This document shows, piece after piece, positions 1 to 18,100 of a stretch of DNA of 64,000 nt. The stretch is taken from contig CM022671.1 of NCBI GenBank assembly GCA_012295275.1, positions 32,798,001-32,862,000 on the forward strand. The letters are read 5' to 3'. The number at the start of each line of letters is the position of its first letter. Position 1 is the first letter of the stretch. The notes under the pieces were generated by a model. That model was given only the letters and a program-made list of their open reading frames with translations. It made no database searches and was not told the origin of the DNA. The stretch is from Chrysomallon squamiferum. Its lineage: Eukaryota > Animalia > Mollusca. Both the position numbers and the translations under genes were made by a program.

Positions 1-179
1 CTCGCTTACGCTATTTTCATAGTTCGCGCGCACTGGTGTTGTCCTCACCAGACCGGAGCTACTCACTCGCCGCATTGTTTACGTGTCGAGTAGCCACTTG
101 TGTATCGTCAGTTTTCTTTATGTTTTAAATTTTAAAATGTTTATGCCTAATTATTTACGTATTTAGATGCCTTGGTACC

Positions 180-252
180 AGAAAATCGGAAAATCAAGAA
201 ATCGGAATGCCTCAGGCCCCAATGAGTCTGGTTAATCGGTCCTGTACCCGTA
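180..252. mobile_element. Possible right end of a pogo/Tigger-like non-autonomous DNA transposon
   Basis: Subterminal AAATCGGA-like repeats, then GGTTAATCGGTCCTGTACCCG followed by TA, resembling a Tigger-type TIR plus TA target site. No left TIR is present in the window. Confidence 0.3.
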
Positions 253-1049
253 CTACTACGAATAATAGTGAATTTTGAACAATACTGAACTAATTATGAG
301 TGCTAAGTCTAAATACGTACAGTTAATACAGTTTCAAATAAGCGAATGTTTATTTATTATTAACATTTTCTGATCTCGAGAGATAAACAAGAAATTCGTA
401 TTATTCTTAATATTTATTTCAAAATTTTGTGTCACGTTTCATGTTTATTATATGTATCCATTCAGAATAACTTGTCATAAAAGTGTGTTCTTCTTCTAAA
501 AAAATATTATTATTATTATTATTATTATAGTGGTAGTGCCGGCAGTTGCTGTTGTTGATGTCGTTGGTAATGCATCATTATTATTACGAACACATCTTAG
601 AATATGACGAAAGCAGATTCCCCATTGAATTATCAACATTCTTACGTTACGGTTACAAATGTGGATACTATATTAGATCGCTCATCTCAGCAGATCATGA
701 TTCAATGCTGGCGAACCCAGAAATGTTCATCCATTCCGAGGAATGTTTGGTTAAACATTTTGTGGGATACTGTTGACGTGATTCATTTTAAGCTGCTAAA
801 AAAAAAAAAAAAAAAAAAAAAGAAAGACTTATCGTTATCAGTAACAAATGGTTTGCGTTTCACGAGAATAAATTACGGATCCCACACATCGCTATTCAGT
901 CTTCAAAGACTGAAAAACTGCAAAACATTCTTCAGCATCCTACTCATTTTCCGGATCTTGCCTTATCTGATTACGAACTATTCCGAAGTTTTCACCACGA
1001 TATAAAACAGCATAAGAGATCAAAAGTAAATTCTCTGTATTCTTTTTAT

Positions 1050-3862
<2,813 letters not shown>

Positions 3863-3967
3863 AGTCAACTTTCTGAAGAGACAAGATAAAAGAATTCCTG
3901 TTTGGGGGTAACGATGCCCTTTTAAGCTTCCGTAATTTTAAATGCTTCTTTTAAATATATTAAAAAT

Positions 3968-4190
3968 TAGTATACAAAACATTCATGTATTTTTAATATA
4001 TTTATATATAGTATACAAAACATTCATGTATTTTTAATATATTTATTATATAGTATACAAAACATTCATGTATTTTTAATATATTTATATATGGTATACA
4101 TAATATCAACGTATTTGTAGGATATTTATATGTAGTATACATAACATTCACACATTTTTAATATATTTATATAACGTATAGATAACATTT
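3968..4190. repeat. ~41-bp AT-rich tandem repeat, 5-6 progressively diverged copies
   Basis: Unit TAGTATACAAAACATTCATGTATTTTTAATATATTTATATA, in intron 1 of the minus-strand gene. Confidence 0.85.
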
Positions 4191-4578
4191 GCAGGGCGTA
4201 TAGTTAAAAAGGATCTGTATATATGGCAGAAAATATGAAATTTGGTTACGTGAGGAGTTTATCTTAAAAATAAAATAAACCAATTTAGATAGATAAAACG
4301 ACTGAAAGAAGATAGATAGATGGATGGATGGATAGACGGAAGGATGGACTAATGGATGGATGGATGGATGGATGAGTAAATAAAATAAAATAAAGTAATA
4401 ACTTAGAATAAAACTCTGATTAATTTTTATTTTAGAATAAATGAGTGAATAAAATTAAGTAAGTAAGTAAGAAAAAAAATAAAGAAATAAATAAGTAAAT
4501 AAAAATCAGAAACATTACCTTTTAAAACCTTCTTTATTTTATGCTGCGTTTTGCAAGCTGCTCCCTTCTTTGGGTGTC

Positions 4579-4584
4579 TTTATA
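4579..4584 (-). promoter_or_regulatory. Candidate TATA box for the minus-strand secreted-protein gene
   Basis: TATAAA on the minus strand, ~60 nt upstream of an AAAAG|GTAATG donor at 4519 that can splice to the acceptor at 3872 just before the ATG. Confidence 0.45.
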
Positions 4585-5064
4585 AAGAAATCATAAATCA
4601 CGTGATTCTCTGAAAGAATCGGTCGTATAAAAGCAGTATCGTGAATGTTGATTACTAATTCATAACTGTTCACTGCATTTTGACTTACCCGCACTAACTT
4701 AAGTACCGGATGGTGATCAATTGTTTCCCAAAACTCTATTGATAAAGTTTCACTTAGTGTCGTAAATAGTGCACTAAACAAAAGCCATGACACACTGGAT
4801 CAATTTTAACTCTTTCGATTATTATTTACGACTTGACCGAACTTACGTAAGTTTAACTTACGTTCTCCAAGTAGTACTATTATTAAAGTCAGCGAACTGA
4901 AAAATATTGACGGCAGATCTCCACGTAATTGTGAAGTAAACGAGCTGTCAGCATGAGTAGTTGGGGGGGGGGGAATGCATTTATTTTATTCACGAGTCGA
5001 GAATCAAAATGTTATCAAATTGTTTAAAAACCATCTTAAATTAGCTAACATTCACTGACATATG

Positions 5065-5250
5065 AAAAGAAGGATTTGGAACGTTTCGTTTAAAAGTACG
5101 CATTTTAGTCTATATATGGCATCATACAGTTATTCAAGAATCTTACAGATACTAAGAGATGAAACCCACACCCGCCAGTGGATGAGTTACCCTTTTTCTG
5201 TTAGCAGCATATGTCTTATTATAACGCCTTCCCATTAATCAGGAAAAATA
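5065..5250 (+). mobile_element. Degenerate copy of an old SINE/MITE-like dispersed element
   Basis: The core (GA)TTAGCAGCAAG..CTTT recurs at ~5200, ~5795 and ~20550, and reverse-complemented at ~35800 and ~41625. Confidence 0.4.
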
Positions 5251-7973
5251 ATATCATCTCTAGTAACAAATCGCGCGAAATGATGTCAGCCTCATGATTT
5301 GTCACCCCAACACGATTAGTCACCCCTTTTTTACCAACGTAATTTCCTTTTCATATTTCCTTATTACTCTTCTTTTTAACGTTGGTTCAAAAATGGTGAC
5401 TTTTCATTACATAGCCTTTTCGGTTGTTAAAGCCCGATTGTAAGCGGGTTCGCCGAAGAAGTTTGATCCTTCGAGACAAACACATCAAGCAAGTTCAAGA
5501 CCACTCCAGTATACCAAAATGGGTGTGTCTATTCATCCATGCATAACAAATACTTTAATACATTATTACAGAAAAGGTCAAATTTCATTACAAAATGGAT
5601 AGCAAGTTTTATTACAGTAGCTATCATTTTATATTACAGACCAGTGCTTACTATAGAATGCATCTGATATTTTTATCAATGTTTTAATAAAACTGTTAGA
5701 GGTCATACATTAATTATTCGTTATTAGTTCTCTCACTGAATTTTAAAATTCAGACTGCATGTCTTGAAAGAAAAAACACGCTTCAGTTTTTCGTTGGCAG
5801 CAAGAGATCTTTCTTACAGATAGGACATCACACGCCAAAGTGCTGATTTTACCAGGAATACTCAAGGTAAGCCTGGTCCCATACGACACACAGTAATTAA
5901 AGAAATTGTTGAATGCATCGCAAAGAACATTTCTGTCTTCGTTTGATTTGTTTCTTTAAAAAAAAAAATAAAAAAATAAAAAAAAACCTAAGTTAATAAT
6001 ATTATAACCATTGATACTCGAAATCTTAAAAAACAACAATAACAGGAACAACAAAGTCGGTAAAGACGGTAGGAAAATGATATGGGCGACATATCGTGAC
6101 GTAACAACAACAACATAGCACCAGTGAGGATGCAATGGCTGAAAGCAAAGAGCTAAATAGGTCACTCTACTTATATACAGCGACATTCTAAATTAAAGAA
6201 TAAACCCAGTGTTCTGAACATACACACCTAATTTATCTCATGAGAAATTTTATTTTTATTAAGTTATTATCATCATCATGATGATCATCATTTACTTACT
6301 TACTCACTTACTTAATTTTTTTAATTATGGGAATAAAGGAAATCCAAAATGGAACACGTAGCTATTTTCAAGTTTTTATCACATTTTCAGCAATTCTATA
6401 CAGAAAGGGTGCTGTCGATGGTAGAAGGAGTGGTCTCCCTTAGATCGGTTTTGTAATTCGTAGTAGCTGTGACAATAAAACGTCATTATTTAGCAACAAA
6501 AGGCTCACGTTTGTGTTTATATATATGTAGATAAGAGAAAGTAAATGCATGTGTGTATGTGTGTATGTACGAAATGTATGGCCAAAATGTCAAGTTATTA
6601 CCTCCAGTAGTTTTAACTATTTAAGGTAAAAATCAAAATTAGATATCCAAAATCGCATCGTTCTGTTTTGCATAGATTTTTTTTTTGTATTCGTTTTTTT
6701 CCCCCATATAGCTGTTTGCATCTTGTTTTCCTCTTCTATTTTACTTTGTCGTCTGGTGGTGAAACCCGTATTCTCTATTAACACTTCTGTTCCAGCTTTT
6801 TAAAAAAATCATTCTCCGAACTGAAGGCGGGATATTCCAAGATCAGACGCAGTTTGGTTCTGTGACCTGTGGATTCTTGGACTGTACTCTTGGAGCAGAT
6901 ATAGAACATTCTCTGTCTGCATGCTATTTTACTCGTCCACTTCCCATTTTCCCTCTCTGTGGAACCGGTATTTTAAATCATTTTTATCACGCTGTTACTA
7001 AGGATCTATTCCACTTCCTTCCAGGAAATGATTTTCTCAGTGACAGGTATCGCAGTTAAATCCTTATCCAAACGCTAGAGTCCCTTCTTGGATATGTTGT
7101 AATGGAAACCGAGACTAAAATGGCTAAAGTAATTTTTATTTTTTGTTTTCCTCAGGATCACAACTTTTGTCTATTTACACCCCAGCCAGACACTTTCCCA
7201 GATGACACTTGATTGACAGGTGCCACTTCGGTGCACTCACTGACATGATGCGGTGATTTCTGAAACTGTCATTTCAATTTCTAATTTTGATTTTAACTTT
7301 ATCTTAATTTTGGCCAGTAATGGAAAATATTTAGGTAAGTTTTGAGAGTTAGTATATATGTTTTTTTAATGTTTAGTTCACCGAAATATGTGTGTATGTG
7401 TGTGTGTGTGTATGTGTATGTCTATGTGTGTGTGTATATGTGTGTGTATGTGTGTGTGTGCCTGTGTGTATGCGAAGGCAAACTGTCTGCTAAAGACGAT
7501 CATTATACATTTAACACATTTACTGAGACATCAGTTAGAGATCAAGTGCTTAGTACGTAACCATTTGAAGACGATAATCCTGGTATTAATGTTGTAAAAT
7601 AGGTTTAGCAGGCGCGAGGAAAACCGTAGGCAATTCTCCAAATGATTTAATTAACAAATCAATCTGTATGTTTAATCAAATTGAAACAGAAGGATGATTT
7701 GAATCTCCTTATCTGTACTTTCTTTCTGTCTCTTAGATTAATTTATTTTATTCCTGTATGATTTCTAATACAAATAAATTGTTTCTCTATATATGTTGTT
7801 ATTTTATTGATTGAAAGGCTTCTGACTAAAATTAAATATTATCGGTCACTAATATTTATTTGTTTGTTCTTTCATCAATATTTTTAATCTTCTGTCCTCT
7901 TTTGCTGTTTAACAAAATAACATTTAGTTTATGTTTCTTTGTTTTTCTGCTTTCTAGAAGGTACATACATACA

Positions 7974-8005
<32 letters not shown>

Positions 8006-11000
8006 CGTATATGTATATGTACATCTTCTAGTGTTTGTAAAACAATAACCCTGAGGCGGATATTAATGCATTATTTAGGGTATATTAAGTAATCAAGATC
8101 CAAATTAAAACGTTCTAAACTCTCTTGTTATTCTCAAAACCAAAAAAAAAAAAAAAAAAAAAATAATAATAATAATAATAATAAAATAAACCAAAAAAAC
8201 ATTTTGATGTTCTTGGGTAGCATACTTTTATAGTATTTTAAAAAGCATTTGAAATTAAAATACAGAATTTGATTATATTGCATGCTGATTTTGTACTAGT
8301 TACATTCAAGCGGAAGAAATCCCTGAAGTTTGTTTGAAGTTACTGACGTTAGCGAATTAACTCTGCACAAACGAAATATCGAATAACATATAAAAATGTT
8401 TCATTTGCAGTCAGAGTACGATCATGATTGAGATCATGTACCGCCCCAGACAAAGAAGTAAGAGAAATGAAATAATATTATTTATGGATTCCTGGAAGAT
8501 TGATTATAGTCCAGTATCAAGGACAAGAATGGTACATGAAATACGAATAAGACCGATTTCGCGAAATTCCAGCTTTCATGGTACCATTTTTTACTTCTGA
8601 ATTTCTCATTAAAGCTCAGTCACAACAAGTTCGTGATCTTTCACATATACAGAGACGCACACATGCGCACTGACAAACACTCACATGCATCTGCCATTTA
8701 CAAGTCGCTGCCCTTCAGTTTCTAACAGAGATGACGTCTCTCCTTAAAAATGCTAGGAGTCTTATTTCATAAGACAATCAGCCACTGAATACATTTTCAC
8801 GATGTAGCATTGACAGTTACTATTTTATTTATTTATTTATTTATTAATCTATTTGTTTCTGTTTGTTTGTTTATTTTATTTTATGGGGAGCTGGCAGCGT
8901 ACATCAAATACATTAATATATTTAAAACACAAACTCATTTTAATGAAAGGATTATTTGATTTTCAGAATCGACTTTAACTATAAAATAATTAACAAGACT
9001 TAAACCTAATACACGTTCAGTCGTTAGAAACGAAAATACGATCTTGTATGAAATAGGTTAGAAAAAAAACCCCGAAGTTTCCATACTAATTACGACTCAC
9101 GTTCGACCATTTTTCAAGGAAAACGGAAAGGTTTTATTTAAAATGAAAAATGTTTGTTCTGAAATTCGATAATTTTGTTGTCGAAGTGGTTTTCATTACA
9201 CCTCGGAGTTTTCCAGTTTAATCAAGTCTACAGTGACACATGACAAATTTGACTTTACTAAGCAATCTCATCTCGTCCAATAAATAGTAATAAAATAATA
9301 TCTGTCTATCTATCTATCTATCTCTAAATATATACACGTATCTGTGTGTATGTATGTATGTATGTATGTAATATATATATATATAACGACATTTTTATAT
9401 GACTTATATAATAATAATAATAATATATCTTAGTATAATATGAGATAAATCATAGTTACACTATCATACTATTATCTATCTGTCTAGCTATGTATGTATG
9501 TATGTATGTATGTATGTATCTATCCATCTATCAAGTATTTGTCTAATAATATATGACCTTGGTTGAAAGCATTAAGAAGAAAAACAAAAATATGTCTAAC
9601 ATATACGAAACTGATAAAACACTTACTTAACATTAACAGTAATTACTTTAATGTGACAACATATAGTCTTAGTGGTGAATTTTGTTTACAAACAGACATA
9701 CCTACACACATACATATACTCATATACACATACAAACAAATACGTGCCTAGCGCACTTTACACAGCATCGGAGGCTCTGCCAGTATAACGCCGTGTGGGT
9801 CTAGAATATATAAAAGGTGTTATCGACTGGAACATTTTCTGATAAACACAAAGGACTGTCTAAGTTCATACTGCGTCTTAAGCTCCCAGACCCTCCACTG
9901 TTAGGCAGTGAAGACAATAACATTTCAGTTTATTTGATGATTTGTTTTGTGCTAGAGGGGCGTATCCAGAATATATATATAATAAGTTGGATAGTTCAAT
10001 AACTACGGGCGCGCGTTCAACTCCTTCTAACGTTCAGTGCATTATAAATAAATAGATGCACTATTTTATCTACATCGAAAGAATGTAAACGCCCAAAGCT
10101 CAAGTACCCGCGACAAAATGTTATACACCCTTGAGATATCATTTAAATTATATTTATATTATTTAAAACAGTTTGAATATAAATTAGTTTCATTGTCAAT
10201 GTATGATGGGTGTTTATGTGAAGATATAATTTATGGATGAATATAAACAATGTTTAACACTTTGACAACACCTTTGAAGATAAATAATAGTTCATTCACT
10301 AGACTGACATTAATATTTATAGTTATTACTGTTGCTGTTGTTGTGCTTTTGTTTTATTATTCTTATTATTTTTATCCGCTATTTGTTGTTACTTTTTAAA
10401 TAATGTCAGTACTTTTGTTGTTGTTGTTGTTGTTGTTGTTGTTTTAATCTCATATTCTTTTCTTTTATATTTCTTTCTTTAATTTCTTTATTTTATTTTC
10501 TAAATTTTTACACACCTTTAATTATATCGATAAAGTTTCACGTTGCTTTATCATATATATATATGAATTTATTTAAACAACATAATATAATTTCATTCAT
10601 AATACTACAAATACTGACATAACATTTCTGTTTGTCGCGTTTCTTAGAAAGAAAACAAAATATATTTTTGAAGGACATATCTTTTTTTTTTTTTTTTTTT
10701 GTTCTTTACTCAGTCTGTCTGACACTGATTTTCCTGTTTGACCTAGTTTCAACCCAAACATGTGGCTATGAGTGCAAAGTACGTAACAGACGATATCCGC
10801 TCGACGTTCACTGAGACATGAAAGTAGGTAAGTTGTTTAAATTCAGTTAAAGAAAGTTAGAAAAATGGTTTCCATAAAAATCCAGATTTATATGAGAACA
10901 GAATCAGACTTCAATTACAAATTAACTTCAGTTAACAACTGTCACGGTGATGTTTCCCGTAAAAATAATAAAATTAAATTTAGATGCTTCGATGTTTCCG

Positions 11001-11531
11001 CGACATTCTATGTTGCAGGTATACTCGTATCCCAAAACTGTGAACAACCTATTTAATTTATAAAAAAAAGCATTTCTTTACTTATTTATGTACATTGTGA
11101 CTGTTTTAGTCAGCAAGCATATCACTGATTGATCCTTAACGTGAATATATAAAGTTGAAATGACAGATTGTGAAACTGGAGGAGTTTACCAGATGATAAT
11201 GCGATAACATATATTTTCGTTGTCCCTCGTGTATTCGGAGACGTCTTCCGGGTCGACATTTGAACGTACATTTAGTTTCGTAACAAAGGAGGACAGTTTC
11301 AGTAAGAAAACTGTTAGAGGTTATTGACATATGTATGTACGAAAATAATGCACGTGCACAGGTGTGCATTTAATCGTTATTCGTTTAGGTTAAATGTTTC
11401 TTTTATTAGTCATTCGTTTGATGAGTGACGTTGTGTCGAGATTTAGGATGAAGAATGATTATTAATACCAAATAATTTAAAATGTATTAATACCAAAACA
11501 AAACCAAGGAGAAAAGCAAAGCTAATTTTTA

Positions 11532-11573
<42 letters not shown>

Positions 11574-11928
11574 TCCGAATAATAACTAGTCTATGACAAC
11601 TTTAATTTGTAACTTCACACACACACACCCACACACACACATGAAATATTTTAATTATAGTGGTGGAAAGAAACTTTTAATCTTCTTTTTTTTTTTTTAA
11701 ACAACAACGATATGTTAGAGGTTGATAACCTGTCAACACTAATTTAAAAAAAAAATGCGGATCTTATTAAAGAAATAGAACGTTTCATCTTTCACAAATG
11801 TCATTAAATTAGTCACACAATAATCATTGCTGTTAAATGGATTGAATCTTGTTTTCATCTAACTGTGTGGGGCATTGACTTTGAAATGTCATTAAATTCT
11901 CTCTCACAATAATCATTGCTGTTAAATG

Positions 11929-12196
<268 letters not shown>

Positions 12197-15100
12197 TCAG
12201 TTCTTTCTTTGTTTCTACGATATATATGTAGATATGGAATTTTTCCTGCTAGATGAAACAATTTATTCTTCAAAGAAGACAAGCTGTTGCAACCTAAGTC
12301 TACCTCATGCAGTTTTATTTGCCTTTAATAACCATCTGTCGTGCAGAATTTTGAATTCATTAAGTACTTTCAACATTGTGCAAACATATTTTGGGGACTG
12401 CCTGACTTTTCAGATTTATTTGACCTTTTGTACTTTGTGGCTTGTTTAATTGGAATTATTTGTAAACACGCACCTTATATACATAAAGATATTAGTTCAA
12501 GTGTCAGAAAAGCCACATAGTGTAATGAGAATCTGTCTTTAATTAATTAAAAAGAGACAGGCAGAAATGATACTAAAACCTGGTCGAAACTGGAATTGTT
12601 CGTTCAGTGCCAGAGCGACATATGCGTGTTGTTCTGCACACCACAGTCAATTGTATTCATTTTGAGTCTCAGCCAGCATATGTGTCAACGAATTAATAAA
12701 TGGAAATGCATTTAACGACATCTAAACTAATTTGTTTAATGGACGAATGAGCAAAAATGTTCCCACCATACAATTGGCCGTTCAACTTTACAAGGGACAT
12801 CTGCATCCACCTTCCTAAAGAAGGAAGTGTAACAAGACAGAACAAAATGAACTAAGGCTGTCCATAGACCAATGAGAAACAAAGATAATGGATGTAGCGA
12901 ACTACTGGCACTCACGAGAGCACGCTACCATCCCTTGATCTACCTAATCGATAAAGATGGACAAAAAAAATCACGACTGCTTTCACCTGTCATAATTATT
13001 CATATATTATTTTTTCTCATGAATTGTGAATAATGCAGAATATGGCCGATTCGGAAAGCACATATGATTTATAAAACGATTACTAGCAATAAAAGAGAAA
13101 CTGTCACGATACGCATTCAGTCCAAAATAAGTCGCATTCTGCGGCGTTTCCCGACCCTATACAATCAATAAATCAAACCAGATTATGATTATACGGTTTG
13201 TAGAAAATTTCCTAATGCTAATGTGAAAGCGTAGCCGAAAATGCCGAATGCCACAACAGTCGATGACAGAAAATTAATCAACAGACTTTAATGATGTCGT
13301 TAAATAACCGGGTTTTGCTTTTAGGAACTTGCATTTAAATATGGCATCAGTTGAAATATGTCACGACTTGGGTCAGTACTGTACACACGGTGGGGGAAAT
13401 ACTGAGAGCCACAACAGTCATAATGTAAAGTTTTGTAAATTTTAGTTGTCTGCTTGTTTTTTTTTAATAAATTGTTTGAACGTTTCTTAAATTTGAAAGA
13501 AGTATACCCTTTTATTTTTTCTTTCTTTCCTTGTCTGTCTTTGTTTATTTTGGGAGGGTTTTGTGTGTGTTTTTTCTTTGTGGACTTTATCCTGTTTACT
13601 ATAGTACTTTGTCCATGATCAGATGTGATTGGCCTTACTCTGTTTCATATGATCAGACTTTGATTGCACCTTTCATTTTTTATTTTTTATTTATTTTTTT
13701 AAGCCCTTCTTTATTTGGTTTCGGCGAGCGTGATGTCGGAATTCTGACAACTGCTGGTACTGCAAGATCGATTTCCGGCGCATAGTGAAAAGGCGTTTAC
13801 AAGTTTTTGTGTAAAGAGTATTCTCTGGGTTTCACTTCAGATTGATGTACAGAGATGTTCGATTATTTCAGTTCGATAAAACCCTGACCATATTTGATCA
13901 ACGAGTTCGTCTTAACAGTCCTATAATTATTGCTGTTTACTTTCGTTCTTTCTTCTCTTTTTTTCTGTCTTTCTTGCCTCCTCATTATTTCATTAAGTTT
14001 TCATTACTCTGATTTCAGCTTCCTCTTTCAGTATTTCATTACGTTCATTCTTTCTTTTTGTATCATTTCGTTTTTTGTTCTTGCATTCATTTTGAAATCA
14101 GATGTCACAAGTGTATGGAAAGCTAATACATAACTATAACTTTGTTGTTGCATGTGTATATAACCATATTATAAATGATGTATTAAACTGCAAATCGCAA
14201 CTGCTCAAGTCGTGTAGAGGTTGGACAATAAATGTTAAACCATACTGACGTTTCACTGGAACATTCTGGAATGTTTATCTTTCCAAATGTCTGACATTTA
14301 TACCATTTTATTGGTGATTATAGCTTGTCAGTGTATTTGTGTGCATGTTAGTGTGTGGATGGCTGTGTGTTTAATTGTGTTGTGCGAAAATGATACTATA
14401 AGCGTTACTTTTTATTTTATCTGGCATTCCCAGAATTCTTTCTTATATATTGTACTAGAATACTTATAAATACATTAGATGTTGTGGCTATCCATTAGTA
14501 TCAGTTGTTTCGTTTTTTAATAACAGAATTAAGGGTCGTTATAAGCTGACTTTGTTCTTGTATACACAACATTATACTGTTATAGAGCGCATACAGTATT
14601 TTACTTCTTTTTAATGAAATAAAGAAATTTAAAACACATGTGCTTCAACTCGTGCACGTAGCAAAATAAAAACAGAGCGACGTTTTGCAAGTGATTTAAT
14701 GAAACAGAAACAGAGATGCACGCAAACTAATGATACTTAGGGGAGGCGTTTAGGGGAGGTGTTTGTGGGGTGTTTTTGTTGTCTTTGTGTTGTTTCACTG
14801 AACGGAATTAATTGGTTTTGTCAGGAGGTATTCAAGATACAGCTAATGCACGCTAGGGCTACACGCCAGAGATAGATACTACAACAGTTGGGTTGTATAG
14901 TTCACAACTACGAAACTTGTACAAAATGTTGCTTGGCAGCAGCGGAACTGTCTGACAGTGTATACAAATCTGGTTAAAACTAGCGGCAATATGTTTATAT
15001 AGGTCCGGCAGTCGTCATTTACGTAAACAGCTTAATTTGATTGTGTTGTACACGTTACTGAATGCTTCCCATATGCATAATCCATGCGGATTATTTATCA

Positions 15101-18100
15101 TCTGTCCCCGAGAATTTGGGATATGGATAATCAGCTTGTAGTGTTAACATCAATGAATATGGTGACCGAGATAACACAGAAAGACTGCTAGACACATTGC
15201 TAGGCGACGGGACGCCAGAGCTATTAGGTGTATTAACCTTTTAATATCCGAATCGCTTGAAGCATATTCAAAAATGCAGCAAAATATTAGTTTTAAAATA
15301 ATGCTTTCCAGTTATCATCCATTATTATTTTTCTTTAGATACAAAAACGAGCGTGTAAATGAAAACTTTTTAGTTCCTGTCATGAACGGAACTGACTTTT
15401 CATGCTTTAAACTATCTGAAGTTTGTTAAAACGTGTCCACACCCATGACAGGTATTTGCATCGACTTTCAGCAGCGGAGTGGTTTGACTTTGAAGTGATC
15501 CATGTAAAAAAAAAAAAAAAACATCTAACCATGTACAGAATCATGCTCTGCCTCGCATCAGTTTCATACTACGTTATTTTTTTTTTTTTTTTCACTTACA
15601 CATATTTATATTACAGAACTTTTTCTAGTCTGTGTATCTATCATCTGCATGTATGTATATATGTAAGTATGTATATATATATCTGTCTGTCTATTACTCT
15701 ATTATTTCTCACTGTAAAAAAATTTGGCTGAAAAATGAACTGAGATACGGCTGACAAAATAAACACAAGAAAGAAACCAGGGCACATGTCTCGCCTTTGT
15801 CCATTTTACGATTTATCTAGGTTAACTTTTGTTTGTTCTTGGCCGTAAACTCAGATGCGAGGGCAGGTTTATGAAGTGTAGGAAACTGAGAAATAACAAA
15901 CTGGTCGGGGCAGTCTGGCGTGTGTACATACACTTCACGTTTATATTATTTTACCTTGCAGTTAAAGCAGGAAGTGCAGCATTTGGTTTTATGTGTCATT
16001 TTCACAGCGTCATCAGTTATGTTTTCAGAAAGTGTCAACGATTAAACGTGTTTTAAGTGGCAAAAAATAAAATAAAAAAAAAAAATAAATAAATAAATAA
16101 ATAAATAAAAAGATAAAATAAATTAACAAAAAATGTAGTTTAATTAAACATGAATTCCATGATGTAATATGCACATCCCTAAATGATCATTTTCTATGTT
16201 CGCGGTTTTTAAAAAAATGATTATTAATATTTATAATTTTTATATGATTTCCATATGATTGTTTTAATTACTATAGTATTTGAATAATATATCTTACGCA
16301 CTTTTATTTATTTATAGTTATATATCGTCAAAATATATAACTGATGTGTATTACAGGCTCCGATTATGAATCACATCTTTGATACTTTTTCGCAATGAAT
16401 ATTCATTAACAACAGAAAAAGAAATAAATGTATTTTTATAATGTTTCAATTACCTTCATGGTGCCATTTAATAAAATTATTGACTTTATTTTAAATTTCT
16501 GATTGCTTGTTATAAAATTCCTTACTTCTTATATAAAAGTGCGATTAAAATTTACTTCACTGTAATGAAGAATGAATCTGGGTGGGAACCAGGGTCAGGG
16601 TGACAATTTGTTTTATAATATTTTACCAGTGATTAGATTAGACACTGTATCAGCTAGGCTGGATTATTTTACGAAATTATAGTTACCACGATCAATGAAC
16701 AATGTAAGTAGGCTGTACTTAAATAATAATTAGATGAGACGCCATGAAAACGAGTTATCAAATATAACTGATATATTCATTAAGTTTTTTTATTTACTGG
16801 CGTAAACCGGCAAATATAATTTAACATGTCGAGGGGTGAGTGACAGTTTTAATCTGATGTTATTGGATTACACATTTACTGGGAGCTCAGATAGTTTAGT
16901 GTTAAAGATCAGTAAACAATCTATTTACGTGAAGCTAATAGAGTGTTTTCACTTCTGCTGTACAAGTTCGGGGAATTTAGATAATTACCTTTACGTGTTC
17001 CTGTGTTGTCAATTTCTATATAATTATTTCTTTAGTCACCGTCTTCTGTAAGTGACTAATTGAATGAATAAATGACAGCTTATCATATTTTAATGTTTAA
17101 GATTAGATTATAATTCATATGACTTTCTGTAAAGTGACAAAAAGAAAAGTACAATTAATCGAAACAGTGCGCCAAGGTTTTAAAACGGAGCATACGTGTG
17201 GGTTACAGTGCATTTTAACTGAAATTTTTCACTTAATTTTTACAATTCTTTCTTCTCACTTTTTAACTTTGTGTATATTGTACTAGCAATAATGATGATT
17301 ATGATAATACTTAAAAGACAAATAAATGTCAAAGAAAAAAAAGAGAAAAAACAAAGATATGATAAACCTAACATTAAATTCAGAGAAAATGTAGAGAGAG
17401 AGGACGAAATGATTTGATTATTCTCCCCAGAGCAGACAACATGTCATGTTCTCACGATCGGCTATCAGCTTACTTCAGCGTATTATTAAAGTATATATGC
17501 AGTGGACATTTCCCTCTGACATCCTGAGAGATTAATGAATAGCCTGCAGTTGCTTCCTACGCATTTAAACTGCATAAGGTAAATGTCCTGGCGCTCACGA
17601 TCGTTATGAACCTTGCAGTAAACAATCCGTAGATAATGAATAGGAAAGTACGTGTGTGCATCGTATCACATTCGTTGTACTTGAGTCGCGGATTACATCA
17701 TATTCTCTTCGCTCTAAAGGAAAGATGGTTTTTGCTTTGAACTAGAGTGCTGGGTTATTCACATAGTCGGAATTCCTCCATACATCTTTTGCAGTATTTC
17801 CCATTCTTATCGCTGGATCGCTATTAAAGTCTGTGATTACTGTTGGGTTGTTTTGCCCGATGTAAAATGTAGCTCGCTATAATCAGTACAATGGACGCCG
17901 TCCATTCATCACTACAGAATCGTGTATTTAAAGTCAAGAAAACATTAACGTGAAAGAATACGTGATAAGGTGGTTTTTTTATCGTTATTATTATGTCTAT
18001 CTATCTGTCTTTTTATACACTCACACGCTTATATATAGATATGTTTATATAACTTAGATAAAATGCATGCAACAAATGTGGTTAAGCCATGTTATCGTTT

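Noticed and set aside
604-1005. 133-aa plus-strand ORF
   Set aside because: It runs through an A homopolymer and has no recognisable domain or splice context.
10747-10827. In-frame TGA in a clean 81-nt phase 1-1 exon as possible selenocysteine
   Set aside because: Neighbouring exons carry TAA/TAG stops and frameshifts, so pseudogenisation is the simpler explanation. I recognised no SECIS element.
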